Positions 55,440 through 62,701 of a DNA stretch of 64,000 bases are shown in pieces. The notes under the pieces were generated by a model. The model was not told the DNA's origin, searched no databases, and worked only from the letters and a program-made list of their open reading frames with translations. Positions within the stretch are counted from its first letter, which is position 1. Each line of letters starts with the position of its first letter. Both the position numbers and the translations under genes were made by a program. The DNA comes from Actinomycetota bacterium (GTDB lineage Bacteria > Actinomycetota > Actinomycetes > S36-B12 > UBA5976), in contig JAPLBY010000030.1 in NCBI GenBank assembly GCA_026392515.1, positions 2,902-66,901 on the forward strand. The letters run 5' to 3'.

Positions 55440-56924
55440 TCATCTGACTTGAACGAGAACGAATTCGTTGCCTACGAAAACTTTGGCGCCTTCAGGCGGT
55501 ATTTGATTTTGGCAGACTGGCTTTTTATTTGAGTCAGCTGGTTTATTGCCCTTGGTATCAGATCCGCCTGGTGAAGCTGGCTTATCAGATCCGCCTGGTG
55601 AAGCTGGCTTATCAGAAGGTCCACCAACATTCTTGTCGATCAAGAGAAAGATAGCGGAGTACGAAGATAGGCATGAAGTTTCATAATATGCATCTGAAGC
55701 AACGTCTGTCGCAAGGAGCCAAGAACTCAGGAATTCCATTCCATGTCTTGCAACGACAATTGAATTTTCTGGTAGGTCAACAGTCTTAGCAAACTCTTTG
55801 AAATCTGAATATCGAGAATCACTTAGTACTGGAGGTGTTGGTCCACGCAAACTTAGGGTCGCACTCGCAAGCAAAGTGATTACAGCCAAAGCCCCGATCA
55901 GAGTTCTTTGCAGCACGGTCGAAGATTTAGCAAAAATGATAATTCCTGAAACAGCCAAGGGAACAAAAGCTAGCGCTGCCAATCGGTCGAACCAGGCAAT
56001 GCCAATTATCGGTGATGACAGAACAAAAGTCACAATTAGTGAAGACCAAACTACAGAAGTCTCACTGACGTTTAAGGTAGGCCGAAGTTTCCAAGCGATT
56101 ACACCGAGCAAAATAGCCCCAAGCTGGCAAAGGATTATGGTGGATGCAATAACTGGATTTGCATAACCATAAAGTATCGCTTTCCAAGCGGGTAGTTTAA
56201 ATATTTCTACTGGATTTAAAATAAATGTAGTCAATGTAGTGAAGCGACTAGGAACTACAAGTGCAAGCATTAGAGCAACCAGAAGGCCACTTAAGATCAC
56301 TAAGCCGATAGTCAACGGCCTGATCTTTACCTGCTGTTGGCGAATTCGCACTAGCAACCAAAAACTTAGAATCATTAATGCCAGCAATAAAGTGCCAAAG
56401 TGCGTAAACGAAATTGCCAAAATAGCGGTACCAGCCATTGCATAGCGCGATCGTGCGCCTCTTTCATCCCAAGAAAGCAAAATCCAGGAGAGAAGGAAAA
56501 CTGCAGGTATAGCTGCTTCATTTTTTATGAAATCGCCTGTGAAGAAGAACAGTTGCACTGGATTTAGCAAGACAAAAGCAATGCTTACTGCGGGAAGTAA
56601 TTGAATTGGGTACCTACGTGCGATTAAGTAAATAGGAACTGCTGAAAGGGCGGGCAGGATCGCATCAGAAATTCGGACAGCACTAGGTATGTCATTTAGT
56701 AGCCAGGCGATACCGGCTTGCACATAGATGACCAAGGGTAGATCAGAGAATGCAAGTGATGAATTTTCTAAAAGGGACCTCACTTGGACCCAGTAGTAAG
56801 CCCCATCAAGCCCGGGCAACAGTGAATTTGAAGTTAGTGAAAACTTATAGAAAACTGCGATTACAACAACAGCGGCAGACGCTGCGAAAGGTAGCGATCT
56901 TGTAGACAGATTTCGGCTTGGCAT
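55440..56924 (-). CDS. Polytopic membrane protein, possible GT-C-fold glycosyltransferase (PMT/ArnT/STT3-like)
   Basis: 494-aa ORF with at least 10 hydrophobic segments, an early loop LPGLDGAYYWVQVRSLL (Asp-containing first-loop motif as in GT-C enzymes) and a soluble C-terminal domain. RBS GGGAG is upstream. The family call is tentative. Confidence 0.4.
   Translation of the reverse strand: MPSRNLSTRSLPFAASAAVVVIAVFYKFSLTSNSLLPGLDGAYYWVQVRSLLENSSLAFSDLPLVIYVQAGIAWLLNDIPSAVRISDAILPALSAVPIYLIARRYPIQLLPAVSIAFVLLNPVQLFFFTGDFIKNEAAIPAVFLLSWILLSWDERGARSRYAMAGTAILAISFTHFGTLLLALMILSFWLLVRIRQQQVKIRPLTIGLVILSGLLVALMLALVVPSRFTTLTTFILNPVEIFKLPAWKAILYGYANPVIASTIILCQLGAILLGVIAWKLRPTLNVSETSVVWSSLIVTFVLSSPIIGIAWFDRLAALAFVPLAVSGIIIFAKSSTVLQRTLIGALAVITLLASATLSLRGPTPPVLSDSRYSDFKEFAKTVDLPENSIVVARHGMEFLSSWLLATDVASDAYYETSCLSSYSAIFLLIDKNVGGPSDKPASPGGSDKPASPGGSDTKGNKPADSNKKPVCQNQIPPEGAKVFVGNEFVLVQVR
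55557..55616 (-). repeat. Perfect 27-bp tandem duplication (2.2 units) in the GT-C-like gene
   Basis: ATCAGATCCGCCTGGTGAAGCTGGCTT occurs twice, then ATCAGA. It encodes SDKPASPGG-SDKPASPGG. Confidence 0.95.
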
Positions 56925-57176
56925 AAAACTCCCTAGTTATCAGTGCGCATTTTGACCATAGCAGTTTAGGTTCGAAGCTCTTGATAAACCGTACAGATAC
57001 CGCGTGGTGGTCTCGAAATAGAACTAAGTCAACATTTGGCGGGAGAAAACGCGTACAAAACACGTACAACATGCACAGATATCAAACGACACAAACCGAC
57101 ATGGAACTACATCAAAGCCTTGCTATAACTACATAAACCGACATCAAACGATATAGAACTACACGCTCAGGCCATC

Positions 57177-57219
57177 CTCATAATCCGTGGGTCGTCGGTT
57201 CGAGCCCGACCCGCCCCAC
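57177..57219 (+). repeat. Perfect 43-nt copy of tRNA-Met positions 55292-55334 (att-like site)
   Basis: CTCATAATCCGTGGGTCGTCGGTTCGAGCCCGACCCGCCCCAC is identical from the anticodon loop to one nt past the discriminator base. Confidence 0.9.
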
Positions 57220-57253
57220 TGCTAAAGGGTTTCTATGCTGAAAATTTCTGTTT

Positions 57254-57274
57254 GACAGCAACTCAGACAGCAAT
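57254..57274 (+). promoter_or_regulatory. GACAGCAAC-N3-GACAGCAAT motif, copy B
   Basis: GACAGCAACTCAGACAGCAAT lies 35 nt after the tRNA fragment at 57177-57219. Confidence 0.45.
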
Positions 57275-57365
57275 CAGCTTCTACGAAGCAATGAACAACA
57301 CCCAACAATCAACTCGACTTGTTTCCATTTAAATTTGAACGTGAGGACCTACCTCATTAAGTCTC

Positions 57366-57872
57366 TCACCTGGTCGTTAACGCAAGATTTTTTGAAACTG
57401 ATGAACTACCAACATCGTTTACGGCAATAACACGGAACAAATAAGCAGTTTTTGAGCGAAGGCCAGTAACTGTGAGCGTAAGGCTCGTTGACACTGGTTT
57501 TGTTACGGTCGTCCATGACGTTCCGCCATTTGTCGAGTACTCGACCAGATAGTTTCTCACTGCACTTCCGCCCGATACCGTTGCTGCGGCCCACGACAAC
57601 TTAACCGAAGTAGTTGATGGCGTTACTGCCAGCGATGTAGGAGCTTTAGGAACATTGCCGACAGTGACCGCATTCACAGCTGTCTATACCGAGCCTGTCC
57701 CTGTCGCGTTGATTGCGGCAACACGGAACCAATATTTCGTTCCCGCTGCCAGACCAGTTGTTACATCGAATTGGTGATGGTGATCGTACAGTTCGAAGCC
57801 TCGGCGTTTGCCGGTGCGGTTAGGCCTAGGCCACTGAGTACCAATACAACGCGTAAAAGAATGGCTCTGCAC
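57366..57872 (-). pseudogene. Remnant of an FN3-repeat surface protein gene (5'-truncated, internal in-frame TAG)
   Basis: Two tracked ORFs (57684-57872 and 57366-57677) are in the same frame, separated only by TAG at 57681-57683. Together they read ...TGLAAGTKYWFRVAAINATGTGSV*TAVNAVTVGNVPKAPTSLAVTPSTTSVKLSW...YLFRVIAVNDVGSS. There is no signal peptide or plausible N-terminus. Confidence 0.7.
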
Positions 57873-58012
57873 TTGTGGGTCAGTAGTATCACATTCACAA
57901 CATTACTGCAGGCTTCGGGACTGCTGAAGGTTTAGTTGACTAATTGACCTAACCCCCACTTTTCAGGCCTATGTTATTCAAGAGTGGGACAGCTCGCATC
58001 AGATCAAATTCG

Positions 58013-58033
58013 GACAGCAACGCTGACAGCAAC
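58013..58033 (+). promoter_or_regulatory. GACAGCAAC-N3-GACAGCAAC motif, copy C
   Basis: GACAGCAACGCTGACAGCAAC. A partial third unit GACAGCTCG lies at 57988-57996. Confidence 0.45.
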
Positions 58034-58147
58034 CGCCTTTGAAAAGACGCGCCACAGATAATTTGCTCCATGCGAAAAATCTAGGAAAAACCCTGCAAAT
58101 GTTGAATAATAGTTTGCACACTGCAAGCTAATAAGTGCCTAAAAACG

Positions 58148-58183
58148 AATCCGTGGGTCGTCGGTTCGAGCCCGACCCGCCCA
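58148..58183 (+). repeat. Copy of the tRNA-Met 3' part with one C deleted (att-like site)
   Basis: AATCCGTGGGTCGTCGGTTCGAGCCCGACCCGCCCA against tRNA ...AATCCGTGGGTCGTCGGTTCGAGCCCGACCCGCCCCA. Confidence 0.85.
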
Positions 58184-58207
58184 TCACTTACCTGGAGGTT
58201 ACTTGTC

Positions 58208-59791
58208 CTACTCGACATACCTCAATACAACGGTCGCCTTACGCGAAGTCTTTTTGGAATTAAGTGCACCCTTACCTGATGCCACCAGGCGCACTTTAAT
58301 TCCGTGATCAGCCAAGAAGCGAGCAACTACTTTTGCGCGAGCAGCCGACAACTTTTTGTCATTGGCGCTATTGCTACCTCGCTGCACGTATCCCACAACA
58401 GTTCCACTGGTAACTTTCTTGCCCACCTTTGCAATCGCACGTAGCAGCTTCTTCTTTTCCTTGGCAGTTAGTTTGGAAGATCCGGCGTCGAAAGCAACCG
58501 ATAACTTTAAGGACTTTTTAGGACAACCTTTGCCCAGTCCGTTGGAGATACTCAGACCGCCAGCCGTTGCGACATAGATAATTCCGCCACTGACGAAGGT
58601 ACCAGTGACGAAGTCGTCGCCCAAGCAGTTTTCGGTGGTGTCGTTAGTGAATGTTGCTCCACCGTCCGTTGAGATACCTAAACCTCCCCACGTAGAGGCA
58701 TAGAGTGTTCCACCGTTCACGTATACATCGGTCACATGCGCGTCTGCGAAGCCTGCACTTACGCCAGAGCCGGCGGGCTCAGTTGCGAAATAGTTGGTAG
58801 AGTACTGCAAGCCAAACCCGGTTGCGACAAAGACAGTGTTCCCATTGACGTAGACCCCATTCTGCAACTCCTCTCCAGTTGGAGAATTGATAAATGTCGT
58901 CCCGCCGTTTGTTGAGTAGGCCAAGTGGTTGTTCGTGGCCAGGTAGATATTGGAACCGCTTGCGTAGATTCCTCTCACGGAGTTGCATGTGACGGACCCG
59001 CACAGCACAGTGCTGTTTAGGTGAGTGAAACTGATGCCCCCATCTGTGGAAATACTCAAGCCGCCAGGAGCTTTAAGTGTGGCTGTGCCATAAGCAGGAT
59101 CCACAGAAGTAGACCCAAGGTCCGGGGTGTTCTTTGCATAAGAGAACTGCGTAGTCGAAGCAGCAGTAACGGAGTAAATGCCATCCAATGTGGTATCGAC
59201 ACCACTTACATAAACGATTGACCCAACAGCAAGTCCGTTATCGGCTGACGTGGTCAAGGTCACGATACCCGAGTTGACCTCCATGTTAGTGACGGGAGAT
59301 GTGGCTATGACTTTTGCGGAGATGGAGGTACCGGCATAGATGGTGTTACCGTCGACGAATACTGCCTTCACATCTGAGCTGCCCAATCCATTGGCCATAT
59401 TCTTGTTAGTGAACGTAGTGCCTCCGTTTGTGGAGATGCTCAAGCCACCCACAGTCGGGTTTCCATAGCCGTATGTGGTGTCCGTGGTCGATGCGTAGAT
59501 TGTGTTCCCCACGACAAACACCCCGCTGACGTTATTACTGCCAAGGCCGTTAGCGGTGGTGTAGTTGGTGAAGGAAGCTCCACCGTTGGTGGAGATGCTC
59601 AACCCTGCGTCGGTTGCGGCGTAGACGTTTGCACCGACTACATACACAGCATTCACCGTGTCGCTACCCAAGCCGTTGGCAGTGGTTCGATTTACATACT
59701 GCAATCCGCTGTCGTCCGCTTTCGCAGGGCTAATTGCAAGTCCAGAGAGCAATAGCACTAGACATGTGATGGCAGTTGTAATTCGGCGCAT
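58208..59791 (-). CDS. Secreted repeat (beta-propeller-like) protein with C-terminal OmpA-like peptidoglycan-binding domain
   Basis: Signal peptide MRRITTAITCLVLLLSGLAISPAKA. About 8 repeats of ~50 aa (ANGLGS..V..V.V.GN.IYA.T..GLSISTNGG..FTN). The C-terminus FDAGSSKLTAKEKKKLL...NDKKLSAARAKVVARFLADHGI fits the OmpA_C pattern. Confidence 0.75.
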   Translation of the reverse strand: MRRITTAITCLVLLLSGLAISPAKADDSGLQYVNRTTANGLGSDTVNAVYVVGANVYAATDAGLSISTNGGASFTNYTTANGLGSNNVSGVFVVGNTIYASTTDTTYGYGNPTVGGLSISTNGGTTFTNKNMANGLGSSDVKAVFVDGNTIYAGTSISAKVIATSPVTNMEVNSGIVTLTTSADNGLAVGSIVYVSGVDTTLDGIYSVTAASTTQFSYAKNTPDLGSTSVDPAYGTATLKAPGGLSISTDGGISFTHLNSTVLCGSVTCNSVRGIYASGSNIYLATNNHLAYSTNGGTTFINSPTGEELQNGVYVNGNTVFVATGFGLQYSTNYFATEPAGSGVSAGFADAHVTDVYVNGGTLYASTWGGLGISTDGGATFTNDTTENCLGDDFVTGTFVSGGIIYVATAGGLSISNGLGKGCPKKSLKLSVAFDAGSSKLTAKEKKKLLRAIAKVGKKVTSGTVVGYVQRGSNSANDKKLSAARAKVVARFLADHGIKVRLVASGKGALNSKKTSRKATVVLRYVE

Positions 59792-59862
59792 TGTTGGATT
59801 CCTTCATTAAGTAGCTCGGACTCAAGCATCATTTCAGAATTTAAGCGACGATTTGAATTTCG

Positions 59863-59874
59863 TCACACGTGTGA
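59863..59874. promoter_or_regulatory. Perfect 12-bp palindrome TCACA-CG-TGTGA upstream of the 527-aa surface protein gene
   Basis: TCACACGTGTGA lies 72 nt upstream of the start at 59791. The flanking TGTGAAATTTAGTTTCGCC is homologous to the sequence at 62724-62741. Confidence 0.5.
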
Positions 59875-59952
59875 AATTTAGTTTCGCCAAGTGGTTGCGA
59901 TTACAACTCTGGGTATGCTGGCGTCTTCAGCGGAAGAAAAACTCTTCAGACA

Positions 59953-59990
59953 AATCCTTGCGTTGTCAGTTCGAGCCCTACCTATCCCTT
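59953..59990 (+). repeat. Decayed copy of the tRNA-Met 3' part
   Basis: AATCCTTGCGTTGTCAGTTCGAGCCCTACCTATCCCTTA aligns without gaps to AATCCGTGGGTCGTCGGTTCGAGCCCGACCCGCCCCA, with roughly three quarters of positions identical by eye. Confidence 0.5.
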
Positions 59991-60008
59991 ACTTAACGCA
60001 ACCGCACA

Positions 60009-62645
60009 CTACATAGTTAAGTACTTGGCCAAAATCTTGGTTTTTGGCCTAATACCCTGCCTGACAGTCTTGATCTTTATCGAAATGTTGGACTTCTTGA
60101 CGCCGAGCTTGATTAGGTAGGCCTTAACTTTTTCGGCTCGAGCCTTGGCAAGTGCTTTGACAAATGAATTAGGCACACCAATTGACTTACCAGCAACTCC
60201 AGTAACTGTGTACTTTGCTTTCTTGCCAGCCTTTTTCACAATCTTTTTGATCACTTTTTTATCAGCTTTTGAAAGTGCCGCTGACCCTGCCGTGAAATCA
60301 CCCACGTAGCTTGTGATTGAAGTTGACTTTGAGTTTGTCGCAGAATTATCTGTCGTCGGTTCTGGTTCTGGGGTTTCGCCAACAATCGTCGGTTCTGGTT
60401 CTGGGGTTTCGCCAACAACAGGGAATCCGCCACCATAAAACTTATACAAGTTTCTCGTAGTCGGCGTGTTGCATGAGCACCCAACGATAACTCCTCCATC
60501 GCTGGTGAGGACAGTCGCGACAGCTTCGTAGTCCAAAATATTTGAAGCATTCGTGTTGAAGGTAGCCGAATCTCCCGTAACGGTGCCGTCGGCGTTCACC
60601 CGCTTCACATAATGGTCGAAGTCTCCGGCTGCAACTATGGAGCCATCGCGTGCGACGGACAAGTTGTATATAGAACCCTTGAAAGTTGTTGAGACATTGT
60701 TGTTGAAGACTGCAGCCGCACCGGTAGTCGTGCCATCTGAATTTAATATTCTCAACTTGCCAGTGAAACGTCCTCCAGCAACCAAAGAGCCGCCGCTGGT
60801 TAGTCCTAGAGTGCTAACGTCATTATCGACACTGCGACCCACATTCGTATTGAAAGTGGCTGCGACTCCGGTTGTCGTTCCATCAGCATTGAACATCTTC
60901 AGACCTTCGGCGAAGCCGCCTCCCACCACCACCGAGCCGTTGGCCAGTTGAATGATATCTTCAACAGGGTCACCCAGAACGCTCACCACGTTGGCATTGA
61001 ACGAGGCTGCAGATCCTGTGGTTGTGCCATCAGCATTAAACATCTTTAGGGCGATGTATTCGGCACCTAGAACTTCGAAATTACTACCACCAACCACCAC
61101 CGAGCCGTCGGTCAGCTGCACGATCGCATTGACGTCCCCCCCGTTCAAAACGTCCTGCACATTGGCATTGAACGTGGCGGCAGATCCTGTGGTCGTACCG
61201 TCTGCATTAAACATCTTGATTCTGTTGGTGAAGTTGCCTCCCACCAGGACTTTCCCATTTGCTAATACCTTGATCGCCTTAACTTGGCCGCCCACAGCAC
61301 TGCCAACATTGGTGTTGAAGCTGGCGGCGGTGCCGGTGTAGCTACCATCTGCATTTATCATGCGCAGGTTCCCCGAGAAATACCCGCCCAGCAGGAATCC
61401 ATCTTGGAATGAAACCGCAGCGTCAACTTCACTAGCGATGAGCCCATCAGTATTCAGATTGAACGTTCCGGCGGCCCCCGTTGATGATCCGTCGGCGTTG
61501 AGGCGACCGATACCAGAGTTGATTCCACCGCCAAACAGATATCCACCGCCAGGAATGTTCACAATGGAATAGACGCGGCCTGTGGGAGGACGATTCGTGT
61601 TAAACGTGGCAGCATCGCCAGTCAAGGAGCCATCGAGATTGAACTTCTGCACGTCGCCACCGTCACCGGCGATGAGAACGGATCCATCAGTGTTTGCAAA
61701 TAGGGAAAATGGAGTCGAATCCCAGTCACGCGTGCTCATTGCCGCATTGAACGAAGTGGTCTCGGTTCCCGTACTCGTGCCATCTAAGTTCTTTCGCATG
61801 ACGTATCCCGGCACGCCATAACCACCTAGAGTGATGGCGCTGTTGGCTTCATCCAAAGCGATGGCCATGACTCTATCGCCAACACTGGACCCGATGGAGG
61901 TATTGAAGTTGCCTGCGGAACCAGTGGTCGTTCCATTCGAGTTGAACATCTTAAGGCCGTTTGTGAAACTGCCACCCACGATTATCTGTTCGTCGGATGT
62001 GTGAAAAGCGATCGCGTCGACCGTCCCATTCAAGGCGTTGTCCACGTTTTCATTGAAGGTGGCCGCATCGCCGGTGGTTGTTCCGTTGGCCTTTACCATC
62101 TTCAGCTTGCCATCGAAGTCACCGCCCACCAAGAAGGAGCCATCAAACAAACTTTTATTCAGAACCTTTACCCCTTCATTTCCACCGTTGAAGAGTCCGA
62201 CTACGTTCGCATTAAACGTGGCCGCGAGTCCAGTAGTCGTTCCATCTGCGTTGAACATCTTCAATCGGTTGGTGAAGGCGCCGCCCACCACAATCTGTCC
62301 GTTGCTTCGGACAGCTATAGCGTTGACTGGCCCATCCAAAGCGCTGCCGATATTCGTGTTGAACGTTGCGGCCGATCCCGTAGTGGTTCCATTACTGTTG
62401 ACCTTCACGAGTTTGCCAGTTAGTCCCCCGCCGACAAGGAAACTCCCATCACGTGCGACGGCCACAGCTTGCACATCCCCGCCGACGACGGGGAAACCGA
62501 AATGTGAATTGAAAGAGGTGTCGCCCAGTCCAGGGGTACTGACTATTCCAGCTTGAGCAGGTTTGGAGACCAATCCGCAGATCAATCCGAGCGTAAGTAA
62601 TGCAGACAAGGCGCGCTTTAACAAGATGAGACTCCGAAAAATCAA
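60009..62645 (-). CDS. Secreted delta-60-type repeat protein with C-terminal OmpA-like domain
   Basis: Signal peptide, then at least 12 repeats of ~55-60 aa (FN.NV...V.AI....DGS.VVGG.FT..LKMFNADGTTTG.AATFN). A GETPEPEPT x2 linker follows. The C-terminus FTAGSAALSKADKKVIKKI...ALAKARAEKVKAYLIKLGV is OmpA-like. The tracked start is TTG at 62645. TTG at 62624 has GGAG 7 nt upstream. Confidence 0.75.
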   Translation of the reverse strand: MIFRSLILLKRALSALLTLGLICGLVSKPAQAGIVSTPGLGDTSFNSHFGFPVVGGDVQAVAVARDGSFLVGGGLTGKLVKVNSNGTTTGSAATFNTNIGSALDGPVNAIAVRSNGQIVVGGAFTNRLKMFNADGTTTGLAATFNANVVGLFNGGNEGVKVLNKSLFDGSFLVGGDFDGKLKMVKANGTTTGDAATFNENVDNALNGTVDAIAFHTSDEQIIVGGSFTNGLKMFNSNGTTTGSAGNFNTSIGSSVGDRVMAIALDEANSAITLGGYGVPGYVMRKNLDGTSTGTETTSFNAAMSTRDWDSTPFSLFANTDGSVLIAGDGGDVQKFNLDGSLTGDAATFNTNRPPTGRVYSIVNIPGGGYLFGGGINSGIGRLNADGSSTGAAGTFNLNTDGLIASEVDAAVSFQDGFLLGGYFSGNLRMINADGSYTGTAASFNTNVGSAVGGQVKAIKVLANGKVLVGGNFTNRIKMFNADGTTTGSAATFNANVQDVLNGGDVNAIVQLTDGSVVVGGSNFEVLGAEYIALKMFNADGTTTGSAASFNANVVSVLGDPVEDIIQLANGSVVVGGGFAEGLKMFNADGTTTGVAATFNTNVGRSVDNDVSTLGLTSGGSLVAGGRFTGKLRILNSDGTTTGAAAVFNNNVSTTFKGSIYNLSVARDGSIVAAGDFDHYVKRVNADGTVTGDSATFNTNASNILDYEAVATVLTSDGGVIVGCSCNTPTTRNLYKFYGGGFPVVGETPEPEPTIVGETPEPEPTTDNSATNSKSTSITSYVGDFTAGSAALSKADKKVIKKIVKKAGKKAKYTVTGVAGKSIGVPNSFVKALAKARAEKVKAYLIKLGVKKSNISIKIKTVRQGIRPKTKILAKYLTM
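60354..60419 (-). repeat. 33-bp tandem duplication (32/33 identical) in the delta-60 repeat gene
   Basis: CGTCGGTTCTGGTTCTGGGGTTTCGCCAACAAT followed by ...AAC. It encodes the duplicated VGETPEPEPT. Confidence 0.95.
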
Positions 62646-62701
62646 GGTAGATTAATTAATTCCTTGACTTTACAAAAGATGTGCAATGCGTGCTGAAAAC
62701 A

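Larger units (their letters stand above)
55334..59990. mobile_element. Stack of cassettes bounded by tRNA-Met 3'-end copies (remnant tandem genomic islands; no integrase seen)
   Basis: Same-orientation repeats of the tRNA 3' part lie at 57177-57219 (perfect, 43 nt), 58148-58183 (one-base deletion) and 59953-59990 (decayed). Each interval holds one gene or gene remnant. Confidence 0.5.

Noticed and set aside
57930-57960. Possible fifth, extremely decayed tRNA-Met 3'-end copy (GGTTTAGTTGACTAATTGACCTAACCCCCAC)
   Set aside because: The similarity is too weak and too gapped to call by eye. It is mentioned only as context for GACAGCAAC motif copy C.
60637-62556. Series of plus-strand ORFs (104-172 aa) with their own internal repeats
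   Set aside because: They are the antisense reading of the delta-60 repeat gene. Their periodicity simply mirrors the real minus-strand repeats.
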